Shown here piece by piece: positions 27,840-35,456 of a stretch of DNA of 41,108 nt. The position numbers were made by a program, and so were the translations under genes. The notes below the pieces were generated by a model. That model was not told the origin of the DNA and did no database searches. It worked only from the letters and a program-made list of their open reading frames with translations. Position 1 is the stretch's first letter; the number at the start of each line of letters is the position of its first letter. Source of the DNA: a virus (taxonomy: Duplodnaviria; Caudoviricetes); the IMG/VR virus record IMGVR_UViG_3300037851_000318, positions 1 to 41,108 of that record. One strand, given 5' to 3'.

Positions 27840-28241
27840 ATGAATGATCCTGTGCATTGGATAATACAATTGTGGCCGATTATTGTTGCGCTGGTTGGTC
27901 TTATTTGTGCGCTCGCTGTGGCGTATCACAGGATCGGCAATAATGCCGATGACATTAAAGAGAACAAGAAGGAGTTCAAGCGGTGTCTGTTCCAGGAGGA
28001 CGGGAGTTTAATATATGTATGCAGAAAGGACTATGACAAAGACATGGAAGCAATAGCAGATCAGCATCAGGAAGATGCCGGGAAAGGCTTGACCGCAAAA
28101 GAGCACGATAAAATTTGCAGGATAGCATCCCTTGAAATGAAAGAAGCCGTTGGAATAATGCTCGACCAGAAATTTAAAGATTTTGAAATCCGGCTGTTAA
28201 AGCAGCTCAGGATCAACGGATTCAAGCATTCGGAGGAATGA
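27840..28241 (+). CDS. Membrane-anchored protein in the lysis cassette (holin/antiholin-like)
   Basis: Single N-terminal hydrophobic helix then charged helical region; AGGAGGAGG RBS; precedes the endolysin. Confidence 0.6.
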   Translation: MNDPVHWIIQLWPIIVALVGLICALAVAYHRIGNNADDIKENKKEFKRCLFQEDGSLIYVCRKDYDKDMEAIADQHQEDAGKGLTAKEHDKICRIASLEMKEAVGIMLDQKFKDFEIRLLKQLRINGFKHSEE

Positions 28242-28753
28242 TGGGCAGCCGCAATCTTGACGACGCCAGGTATGAATTGAAGCTGTTTGCCGATGAGCTT
28301 ATCGGGCGGGCAAAGGCGGATCTGCGTCTTGTTGTGATCGTGACCTCAGTTTCAAGGACGTATTTTGAGCAGGTTGCACTGGTATTGCAGGGACGGCTGT
28401 CGCTTTACAATGTCAATCTTGCCCGGAAGATCGCCGGGATGTCGTCGATCACGGAGAAAGAAAATATCATTGTGTCGTGGACAATCGACAGCAAACACAT
28501 AATCAATCCGTTTGACGCGACACCTGAAAACGACAAAAGCCGCGCGGTTGATTTCGGCATATTAGACAAGGCCGGGAAGTACCAGGGCGATATCAAGGCG
28601 GATACGAACGGAGACAACCAGGGCGATTATCTCCAGCTCGGCGAGCTGGGCATGAAGATAGCACACGAAATGGATTATCCGATTTTATGGGGCGGAGATC
28701 CGAAGGGCAGATTGAAAGGCAAGGACTTGCCGCACTGGGAATGGCTGGTATGA
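28238..28753 (+). CDS. Endolysin, M15-family Zn peptidase
   Basis: R...EQ, SKH, RAVD, WGGD, DLPHWE motifs. Confidence 0.8.
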   Translation: MMGSRNLDDARYELKLFADELIGRAKADLRLVVIVTSVSRTYFEQVALVLQGRLSLYNVNLARKIAGMSSITEKENIIVSWTIDSKHIINPFDATPENDKSRAVDFGILDKAGKYQGDIKADTNGDNQGDYLQLGELGMKIAHEMDYPILWGGDPKGRLKGKDLPHWEWLV

Positions 28754-28839
28754 CGGAAAGAGACAAAATCGGGCTGGTTTTGCTGATTGTTGTTTTGCTG
28801 ACATGTTTGGCGATTGCCTGGGGAATTTTAAACTCATAG
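28750..28839 (+). CDS. 29-aa single-TM peptide
   Basis: MTERDKIGLVLLIVVLLTCLAIAWGILNS; ATGA overlap with the endolysin stop. Confidence 0.55.
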   Translation: MTERDKIGLVLLIVVLLTCLAIAWGILNS

Positions 28840-28847
28840 GAGGCGTT

Positions 28848-28970
28848 ATGGTGGACTCGGCAAAAGGCTTCTGGGCGCTGATAGGCGCAACGATTTTATC
28901 GGGAATCGCCTGGCTGAAGATGTGCGGCGGATTGTTTAAATGGTGGGATAAAAGGAGGAATGGGAAATGA
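28848..28970 (+). CDS. 40-aa single-TM peptide with basic C-tail
   Basis: MVDSAKGFWALIGATILSGIAWLKMCGGLFKWWDKRRNGK; AGGAGG RBS; ATGA overlap with the next gene. Confidence 0.65.
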   Translation: MVDSAKGFWALIGATILSGIAWLKMCGGLFKWWDKRRNGK

Positions 28971-29197
28971 ATCTTGACTGGGGAACATGGCTTAAGGGAC
29001 TGGTAAGCGCCGCTGTCGGCGGTGGAGTGAACTCCGTAACGGCGATGACCGTATCGCCTGAGACGTTCAACACAGGCGCGGGCGCAAAGAATGTGGCTGT
29101 TATGGCCGGTGTATCGGCGGCGGTATCTGCAATATTGTATCTGAAACAAAGCCCGCTGCCGGCAAAGAAATGGAACGGCAAGGAAAGGCGCGGATGA
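28967..29197 (+). CDS. Holin-like protein
   Basis: 76 aa, two hydrophobic segments, YLKQSPLP and basic C-terminus. Confidence 0.65.
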   Translation: MNLDWGTWLKGLVSAAVGGGVNSVTAMTVSPETFNTGAGAKNVAVMAGVSAAVSAILYLKQSPLPAKKWNGKERRG

Positions 29198-29598
29198 CAT
29201 ACGGCTTTAAAAACCTGCTGTTCTTTGCCGAGATCGGCGAGCTATCCGGCAAATATATTTACATGCTGACGGACAACCTTGTCTATATCACCAGAGACGC
29301 GAGAGAGATTATTGTTCCGAAAGAATTTCAAACGGATCTGGCGAGCGTACCGAGGATCCCTTTCGTGTATTCGGCATGGGGAGACCGGGCGCACAGGGAG
29401 GCGGTCCTGCATGATTATTTGTACCGGAAGGATTCGGTTCCGGTTTTGTCGAGAAGCGAAGCGGATGGGCTGTTCAAAGAGGCTATGATTTCAAGAGGCC
29501 AGCCCTGGTACATCTATCATCCGATGTATGCCGGAGTGAGACTTGGCGGCGGATCCGCGTATCACAAATATCCCGTGTTTCATAATTTTTTTTCGTGA
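29194..29598 (+). CDS. DUF1353 family protein
   Basis: IVP..F.TDLASVP, AVLHDYLY, R.EAD.LF.EAM, MYAGVRLGG motifs; ATGA overlap start. Confidence 0.88.
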   Translation: MTYGFKNLLFFAEIGELSGKYIYMLTDNLVYITRDAREIIVPKEFQTDLASVPRIPFVYSAWGDRAHREAVLHDYLYRKDSVPVLSRSEADGLFKEAMISRGQPWYIYHPMYAGVRLGGGSAYHKYPVFHNFFS

Positions 29599-29600
29599 TT

Positions 29601-29799
29601 TTTGGCAATACAGCGTATTACCAAATTCCGCTCCGCCCGCTTTCCCGATTTGCTCTAACATGCTGATATTGTTTGGTAGGCGGTACTGGGTTTGAACCAG
29701 TGACTTCTACCGTGTGAAGGCCGGTGGCGGCGATAATAGCCATTGATATCGGGTTGTTATGGCGTGGTAAACAGATGTTGTATTACCATAGTATTACCA
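29601..29799. promoter_or_regulatory. attP region with integrase arm-type repeats (GTATTACCA)
   Basis: Inverted pair tttggcaatac/gtattaccaaa at 29601-29625 and direct pair gtattacca at 29780 and 29791, flanking the tRNA-derived core. Confidence 0.75.
29674..29720 (-). tRNA. 3' half of tRNA-Val(CAC) = attP core (not a complete tRNA)
   Basis: Reverse strand reads CC TT CAC AC GGTAG AAGTC ACTGG TTCAAAC CCAGT ACCGCCT ACCA: anticodon loop, T-arm, acceptor 3' strand and CCA; 5' half absent. Confidence 0.9.
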
Positions 29800-30861
29800 G
29801 TTTACCGCGGGCAGTTTTTCTATCGCGGCGCGGTGCATGAGTCTGTTTGTGTGCTGATAAACTTTCAGTGTGAGCGTCGGGGAGCTGTGCCCGACGATCT
29901 CGGAAACGGATTTGAGATCCGCGCCGCTATCCAGAAGCATACTGACAAAGGCATGGCGGTATGAATACGGGATGATATCGCGCTCTATCTTGGCTTTTTC
30001 TTTCGCGTGACGCCAGGATGTCTGCAGAGATTTCACTCCGCGCCCTTTGTAGTTCACAATGTGAGAATACATATCCGGTTTTCCCTCTGCCTTTTTTGCA
30101 GCCGCTTTATCTTCTTTGTGCCATGTTTCAAGCTCCGCGCGAAAGCTCTTGAATATCGGCACATCGCGGAATTTGAGGCCGTGTTTTTTGGCTGAGATGA
30201 TCCGGATGGTGTTTTGCGCGAAATTCACGCTCTCCCATTTCAGATTAAGGATCTCTCGGCCCGGCCTTGCGCCGGTGTAGAATATGAGTTTGAGCGCTCT
30301 TTGAAGATGATCCGGGGCGCAGGAGTTTATTTTCTTCATTTCCTTCAGTGTGGGCGGGGTGATGATGTTCGGATCCGGGCGCGGCTTTTTGTAGCCGGTG
30401 AGCGGATTGTGCGGAATGGCCCCGCGACTGACGGCAAAGTTTAATATCGCCTGGATGTCAGTGATCTCCCTGTGGATGGTGCCCGGTCGCCTGCCTTTTG
30501 CCAGGCGGTTTTGCACATACGAGTCGATGCGCTCTTTTGTGAGCTGCATTGCGGGAATATGGCTTAACTCCGGGAGTATGAAGGCGGTGAGCTTGTATTT
30601 GAGCACGGAATATGTTGTGGATTCCATAGACGCCATGCGGCCTGCAAGATATGCTTCGGCAAGTTCGAGAAATGTCGGGGATGCGATATGGCCTGATAAG
30701 CGCCGGATCCGGCGGGATGCGGCAAGAGACTTGTCGCGCTCCCTCGCGGCGTGTTCGGCTCCAGGGCCGCGCCCGAAATACTCCCGCTTGTATTTATTTT
30801 CGGACTTCGGGATCCTATAATGGACGAACCATCGCCCGTCTTTTAGTTTATGGACAGACAT
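29794..30861 (-). CDS. int: Tyrosine integrase
   Basis: YTGAR, K, YSYRH, VGHS, VYQH catalytic motifs; N-terminal arm-binding-like GRWFVHY; ORF track allows an upstream start at 30897. Confidence 0.95.
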   Translation of the reverse strand: MSVHKLKDGRWFVHYRIPKSENKYKREYFGRGPGAEHAARERDKSLAASRRIRRLSGHIASPTFLELAEAYLAGRMASMESTTYSVLKYKLTAFILPELSHIPAMQLTKERIDSYVQNRLAKGRRPGTIHREITDIQAILNFAVSRGAIPHNPLTGYKKPRPDPNIITPPTLKEMKKINSCAPDHLQRALKLIFYTGARPGREILNLKWESVNFAQNTIRIISAKKHGLKFRDVPIFKSFRAELETWHKEDKAAAKKAEGKPDMYSHIVNYKGRGVKSLQTSWRHAKEKAKIERDIIPYSYRHAFVSMLLDSGADLKSVSEIVGHSSPTLTLKVYQHTNRLMHRAAIEKLPAVNW

Positions 30862-30868
30862 GAAAGCC

Positions 30869-31336
30869 TTATTTGGATATGATGGAACATTTGTCAAATA
30901 TAACGCTGCCGAGAGTTTTGCTTTTACACCTGCCCTTGATCGTTATTATTTGGCCCGGTTTGATATACGCCAGATCGAGAGCTTTTGATTTGTCGAAGGA
31001 GCATTGAGCCGCAGGCCAGAACCTACCGCACGGAATCTGTAAAAACAATCCTCCAACACCGTCTCCCTTTGCGCCAGCCGCGCCCTTGATAGTGAACCAT
31101 TTATCGTCATATTTGGCGATTGCGGCCAGCTCGTTGTGATCATACTCCTGCGCTATCGCGCACGCGTCGATTGCTTCTGAATCGGCTGACAACGAAGGAT
31201 TGATAAAAAATACAATCATCACTGCGATCAATGAGCAGATTAAGCCTCCGCCGACAATCGTTACAATCGATTTTGTCTTCCGGGAGATAGCAAAAGAAAG
31301 CGCCGCCCAGGATATAAGCCAGATTTTAAGCAGCAT
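30869..31336 (-). CDS. Membrane-anchored OB-fold protein (tRNA_anti-like)
   Basis: Two N-terminal hydrophobic helices; Y..NE.AA..KY..K...I.G, L..GQ.ITIKG.C motifs. Confidence 0.7.
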   Translation of the reverse strand: MLLKIWLISWAALSFAISRKTKSIVTIVGGGLICSLIAVMIVFFINPSLSADSEAIDACAIAQEYDHNELAAIAKYDDKWFTIKGAAGAKGDGVGGLFLQIPCGRFWPAAQCSFDKSKALDLAYIKPGQIITIKGRCKSKTLGSVIFDKCSIISK

Positions 31337-31862
31337 CGCGCGGCTCCTGCTCAATCAATATTTTTAATCGATTAAGCATTTCGGCTTCTCTTTTTTTAGG
31401 AGTTCCGCCGGAAGCCACGATGGCGGATGCTGTTGAAAAAATATCAATTCGATATTGTAAAGGCATTAAGGCAAGCGGCTTGATCATTTTGTCAAATTTA
31501 TCCAATTCTACGGCGCTATACATAAAGCTGTTTGATGTTAGAAAATATGGCCTGTGCCGATCATAAGTCATTCCTGCGCCGTTACGGTTTAAAAAATCAA
31601 AGACAAGACTGCGTTCCGGCTTGGATGTGGTCCCGTCGCTACGGGCAAGCGCAAGAAGCATTTTTATAGCAGGAGAGTGATCCGCCATTGCTTTTTTTAT
31701 TTCTTCCCGGATAATTTTGGCTTCCGGGTCATATTCGTCATTGTTTACTGGCTCCTCGGTTACGGTCCATGTTTGCGTTACGATGTTTTTGGGTTTCTGT
31801 TTTGGGGATATAAGCAAATAGATGCAAACAGCAACGATCACCAGGCATATGAAAAAGGCCAT
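31326..31862 (-). CDS. TM-anchored TerB-like protein
   Basis: N-terminal TM; two repeats of the TerB-like motif (LARSDG.TSKPER, IVASGG.PKKRE). Confidence 0.6.
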   Translation of the reverse strand: MAFFICLVIVAVCIYLLISPKQKPKNIVTQTWTVTEEPVNNDEYDPEAKIIREEIKKAMADHSPAIKMLLALARSDGTTSKPERSLVFDFLNRNGAGMTYDRHRPYFLTSNSFMYSAVELDKFDKMIKPLALMPLQYRIDIFSTASAIVASGGTPKKREAEMLNRLKILIEQEPRDAA

Positions 31863-31899
31863 GATGTCTCCTTTATTATCGGTTACACCATAATTGAAA

Positions 31900-32484
31900 T
31901 CACGTTTCCGGATCTTCGGTGCCAGTAGGGTCGCACTTGACCGGTGTTAAGGTGAGCGGCGGAGAGCCGCCAGCACACCCTTTTAGCTCTTTATTTTCAA
32001 CCTCCAGGCGCTTAATCTTTTTATCCATTTCCTCCATACCGGCCTTCATTTCTCTTTTCTCTTTATCGGCCAGAGCAGCCGCTTTGAATGCGCTGAGATT
32101 TGCCTCAATTGCGGTGATTAATACATCGTTGCCGGAATCAAATATATTCTTGAGATTTGATACGGCTCGGCCAAAGCGGTCTGTGTCGTAATCTTTTTGT
32201 GTCTCGTTTATTGTCGGTATTCCAGTGTTATTGCTATGAGCCTTGGGGTAGGGTTCGCCTTCACCGGTAAGAATCCAATCATAATTCACTTTTCGTTTAA
32301 GAGATTCCATTTCGATTAATTTTAATATCGTGCCCTTGCCGGTTCTATTGCTTAGGTCTTGCGGAGATATGTCTAATATTTCAGCAAGTTGATATTTTTT
32401 GCTGACATTAAATACTTTCATTGTTCTTTTGATGATTGACTTGTCCAAATTATTTTCACTTTTCGTGTATTTTTTTCTTGACAT
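31900..32484 (-). CDS. CI-like repressor (HTH, C-terminal coiled coil, no S24 peptidase)
   Basis: QLAEILDISPQDLSN HTH; VNYDWILTGEG motif; divergent from the early operon. Confidence 0.85.
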   Translation of the reverse strand: MSRKKYTKSENNLDKSIIKRTMKVFNVSKKYQLAEILDISPQDLSNRTGKGTILKLIEMESLKRKVNYDWILTGEGEPYPKAHSNNTGIPTINETQKDYDTDRFGRAVSNLKNIFDSGNDVLITAIEANLSAFKAAALADKEKREMKAGMEEMDKKIKRLEVENKELKGCAGGSPPLTLTPVKCDPTGTEDPET

Positions 32485-32506
32485 GGCTAAACTATAAGTG
32501 TATTTA
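32478..32506 (+). promoter_or_regulatory. Putative early rightward promoter overlapping the repressor start
   Basis: TTGACA (32478-32483), 17 bp spacer, TATTTA. Confidence 0.55.
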
Positions 32507-32550
32507 TCCGCCCCAGAATGATATTAACCCTTAAATAAAGGAGATTATCA

Positions 32551-32754
32551 ATGCCTCAGCAGCTTCAGGGAAAAGCCCCGATTTTCTATAATTTTTTAAT
32601 CGAAACACTCGGCAGCGAAGCCGCAATAAAACACCTTATGGATTTGTTCGGCGCGGTGCTTTTATCACGCATGCCCCTTGTTTCTGGCGACCTCCATGGC
32701 GCCGCTGACCAACTTGGCAAGGATCCCGGAACCCTCACTCCGGAGTTTGGTTAG
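32551..32754 (+). CDS. Hypothetical protein, first gene of the early operon
   Basis: AAAGGAG RBS; 67 aa; overlaps a convergent ORF by 90 bp. Confidence 0.5.
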   Translation: MPQQLQGKAPIFYNFLIETLGSEAAIKHLMDLFGAVLLSRMPLVSGDLHGAADQLGKDPGTLTPEFG

Positions 32755-32904
32755 AAGTTCCTCGGCTTCTTTATCCGTGACTTGCTCATCCAGTTTACCG
32801 CGGGGATAAGTCTCGGCGGCCAGTTTTAAAAGTTCTTTGATTTTGCTTTTTTCTAAACCGGAAACCTCCGAGATTATTTGTATGAAAATTTCTTCTCTGG
32901 TCAT
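32665..32904 (-). CDS. Hypothetical helical protein
   Basis: 79 aa amphipathic helical sequence; AAGGTG RBS on the minus strand. Confidence 0.6.
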   Translation of the reverse strand: MTREEIFIQIISEVSGLEKSKIKELLKLAAETYPRGKLDEQVTDKEAEELLTKLRSEGSGILAKLVSGAMEVARNKGHA

Positions 32905-32932
32905 TTTTTAAGCACCTTTTCAGGATTTTAAA

Positions 32933-33160
32933 ATGGAACCGAACACACAACTTGTTAAAACTGTAAAACATCTGATGGTCGATAAGGGCATCGGCATCGG
33001 GTACTGGCTCGATCTCAAGGACAAAGCATCCGAAAGACTCGGCAGACCTATCCACCGCAATACCTTTTACAACGCTCTGTTAGGTTATCGACTCAACAAA
33101 TCCGAAACGGAGATCCTTACCGCTCTGCAGGGCATCCTGGAGGAGATGCCGGATAAATAA
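32933..33160 (+). CDS. Cro-like HTH protein
   Basis: 75 aa; VK.LMVDKGI...I.RNT...AL.GYR; position between repressor and CII-like gene. Confidence 0.65.
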   Translation: MEPNTQLVKTVKHLMVDKGIGIGYWLDLKDKASERLGRPIHRNTFYNALLGYRLNKSETEILTALQGILEEMPDK

Positions 33161-33237
33161 TCTGATTTTAGTATGTGCATGAGTACACCATATAAACAAT
33201 CATTGCAATTATAATTTGATAGGGAGCTGGTAATACA

Positions 33238-33699
33238 ATGAGAAGTTTTGAGGCTATAAACAAGGCGATTTCGGGAAACACGGTAGAGGTCGCCAAAAAA
33301 TTGCACTTATCAACGAGCCTGATCCGCAAATGGCAGGAACCCACAGCAGACTTCGACGACAGCGGAGCATATAATCCGCTGGACCGCATCGAGGAGATAA
33401 TCGATACCGCTAAAAAATGCAAAGTATCGGAAGAAGACGCACTTGCGCCGATTCAATATCTTGCCGAAAAATACAACCTGATCATCATTCCAATACCAAA
33501 AACCACAGAAAAACCATCCGAGATCCAGAAAGAGCTTTTGAAAACCATATCCGAATTCGGAGAGCTTGCCAAGGCGGCAAGCAGTGCGCTCCTTGACGGC
33601 AAACTCACGAGAAGCGAGATCCGTGAGATAGAGCGGGAGGCGTGGGAGCTTATCCGTCAGGTGGCGATATTTACGCAGAAGATTACGGGGAAGGCATGA
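33238..33699 (+). CDS. Phage regulatory CII-family protein
   Basis: N-terminal HTH (VAKKLHLSTSLIRKW), NPLDRI, EFGEL...AL.DGKLT.SE..EI.RE. Confidence 0.8.
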   Translation: MRSFEAINKAISGNTVEVAKKLHLSTSLIRKWQEPTADFDDSGAYNPLDRIEEIIDTAKKCKVSEEDALAPIQYLAEKYNLIIIPIPKTTEKPSEIQKELLKTISEFGELAKAASSALLDGKLTRSEIREIEREAWELIRQVAIFTQKITGKA

Positions 33700-33938
33700 C
33701 CGAAGCCCAAAAAATAATAAGCGAAGCGATTCGGAGGAACGAGGAGATCATAGTCTCCCTGACTCTGCAAAATCAGGCGCTCGCTTCGCAGCTTCCGCAG
33801 CCGGCGCCGGTACAGCGGCAGGAATCAGGATATTTTATCGATCCGAAAACCGGGGAGCGGTGCTGGTACGATAAGAAGGCGAAAGCAAGATGGGAGCGGG
33901 AGCAGAAAAGATTAACCCTGATAAAAGGAGGCAATTAA
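33696..33938 (+). CDS. Hypothetical early protein
   Basis: ATGA overlap with the CII-like stop; MTEAQKIISEAIRRNEE... Confidence 0.6.
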   Translation: MTEAQKIISEAIRRNEEIIVSLTLQNQALASQLPQPAPVQRQESGYFIDPKTGERCWYDKKAKARWEREQKRLTLIKGGN

Positions 33939-34231
33939 TGGCTAACGGGAGTAATGGAAACAGGATCCGCGTGGCGATAAATGAAGCCGGGGAAGTTGTG
34001 CTGTATGGCAGCGAGGTCGGGACCGTGTTGACCGATTCGGCGGCTGATAATCTGGTCAACATGATAACCACGGCAAAGCAGGACAGTAAGGAGATTAGAA
34101 CGGCTCTGAAAAAAATCGTGTCGATCAAAAAGCAATACAACAGTATCGGGAAACCTCTTGAGCCTGCAAACATCAAAGAAATTGCGGAAGGCGCACCGAC
34201 GCCGGAAGGAGTTATCGATGAAGCAGCCTGA
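33938..34231 (+). CDS. Hypothetical early protein
   Basis: AGGAGG RBS, TAATG overlap; MANGSNGNRIRVAINE... Confidence 0.6.
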   Translation: MANGSNGNRIRVAINEAGEVVLYGSEVGTVLTDSAADNLVNMITTAKQDSKEIRTALKKIVSIKKQYNSIGKPLEPANIKEIAEGAPTPEGVIDEAA

Positions 34232-34355
34232 ACTGTATCACCGAATGATCGATGACGAAGAAATTGGGACTGAATATTTTATCAAGGCGATTATTTCCGT
34301 GGTTTGCATCATGGGGGTTTTCGCCTTTTTGCTTTGCGCTTTTGTGCCGTTTTAA
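34218..34355 (+). CDS. Small protein with C-terminal TM helix
   Basis: AGGAG RBS; 45 aa ending in a hydrophobic helix. Confidence 0.55.
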   Translation: MKQPELYHRMIDDEEIGTEYFIKAIISVVCIMGVFAFLLCAFVPF

Positions 34356-34366
34356 TAGGGGGGTAA

Positions 34367-34672
34367 ATGGAGAAATTTCCGGGTAAATATGAAGAGCTCG
34401 GCAAGGAGATCGGCGAGCTGGTGGATCAGAAGAACGCGGCTTATGGCGACAGCATGAATAAATCGGGAAATATTCTTCGGGAGCTGTATCCAAAGGGAAT
34501 ACGAACGGAGCAGTATGACGACGCTCTGGCCATGATCCGCATTATCGACAAGCTGTTTCGGATCGCAACAGATAAAGATGCTTTCGGCGAAAACCCGTGG
34601 CGGGATATTGCCGGATACGCAATATTAAAGTCATTGATGGCGCCCGGCTCCGAGGCGTTTAAAGGGGTCTAA
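34367..34672 (+). CDS. Nucleotide-modification-associated domain protein (DUF1599/Nmad1-like)
   Basis: KNAAYGDS, RIIDKLFRI, ENPWRDIAGYAIL motifs. Confidence 0.75.
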   Translation: MEKFPGKYEELGKEIGELVDQKNAAYGDSMNKSGNILRELYPKGIRTEQYDDALAMIRIIDKLFRIATDKDAFGENPWRDIAGYAILKSLMAPGSEAFKGV

Positions 34673-34674
34673 TA

Positions 34675-34763
34675 TCGGGTGGAGTACCTCCTATCACCCG
34701 GCCACCCCGGACGGGTTAAGTAGCTAAGGCTGACGGGGACAGCCGATGCGAACCGGGGCACCA
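34675..34763 (+). ncRNA. Candidate structured RNA with acceptor-like stem and ACCA end
   Basis: cgggtg/cacccg hairpin; ccccgg/ccgggg stem enclosing a ggctg/cagcc hairpin; followed by CACCA. Confidence 0.45.
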
Positions 34764-34773
34764 AATTTAAGCG

Positions 34774-34992
34774 ATGCCGGATATCATAGATGATGCGCAG
34801 ATTAGAACGGAAGAGATGTTGCAGGATACGGTGGGCAACATCCAGGCGAAGGTGCGGGGCAGGGGCGTTATCGATGGATTTTGCGAGGATTGCGACTGCC
34901 TGATCCCGGCGGCGAGAATGAAGGCCGCGCCCTGGGCGACAACATGTGTGGCGTGTCAGGAGGAGCGTGAAGCAGAAAACCGAAAACGCTGA
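34774..34992 (+). CDS. TraR/DksA-family C4 zinc-finger protein
   Basis: MPD.IDDAQ N-terminus; CEDC...IP.AR...P....CVACQ. Confidence 0.9.
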   Translation: MPDIIDDAQIRTEEMLQDTVGNIQAKVRGRGVIDGFCEDCDCLIPAARMKAAPWATTCVACQEEREAENRKR

Positions 34993-35122
34993 GGATGGGT
35001 ATGGGGACTTGCGATATCCGGAAGAGATTGCAATGCAGTTTGTGCGCCGGGTGTTGCGGCGGTTTTTGCGGACGCTGAAAAGCGGGGAGGCTGATGATAA
35101 GGGGGCCGGTAAGGATATTTGA
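34967..35122 (+). CDS. Small hypothetical protein (51 aa)
   Basis: AGGAGGAG before GTG; MKQKTENAEDGYGDLRYPEEIAMQFVRR...; fills the gap between neighbours. Confidence 0.45.
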   Translation: MKQKTENAEDGYGDLRYPEEIAMQFVRRVLRRFLRTLKSGEADDKGAGKDI

Positions 35123-35282
35123 GATCTCGGATATCACAGATACAACCGGGGACAAGAGCATCGAGGTTGTGATGGCGGATACCGGCAAGAAGATACGCTT
35201 CCCGCGCTCCCAGGTGGAATTTGAATATCGGCGGGTTATTGTGGCGGAATGGCTGGCGAAGAAGATGAGGGAAAGTTTATAA
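35094..35282 (+). CDS. Hypothetical protein
   Basis: GGAGG RBS; FPRSQVE....VIVAEWLAKK pattern. Confidence 0.6.
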   Translation: MIRGPVRIFEISDITDTTGDKSIEVVMADTGKKIRFPRSQVEFEYRRVIVAEWLAKKMRESL

Positions 35283-35285
35283 AGA

Positions 35286-35456
35286 ATGACCGAGATTATT
35301 TATAAAAGAATACCGGCTGTGGAGGAGATGTTTCTCATGGCCGATATTAAGCATATCGCTGAAACCGGATCGCTTCCGGACGGCGACGGGGTAAATCAGT
35401 CGACACAGATGTGGGCTGAAGAGTGGATGGATAGGATAGGGAGTCGCGATGATTGA
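35286..35456 (+). CDS. Small hypothetical protein (56 aa)
   Basis: MTEIIYKRIPAVEEMFL...WMDRIGSRDD*; stop overlaps the ATG at 35449. Confidence 0.5.
   Translation: MTEIIYKRIPAVEEMFLMADIKHIAETGSLPDGDGVNQSTQMWAEEWMDRIGSRDD

Noticed and set aside
29674-29760. Complete phage tRNA gene
   Set aside because: Similarity stops in the anticodon stem; no D-arm or 5' acceptor strand
33228-33236. Extra integrase arm-site copy (TGGTAATAC) just before the CII-like start
   Set aside because: A single 9-mer match is plausible by chance in 41 kb, and it is far from the att core
34728-34758. Hammerhead ribozyme (CTGA..GAA)
   Set aside because: The core reads CTGACGG and GAAC rather than CTGANGA and GAAA, and the CTGA is sequestered in a stem
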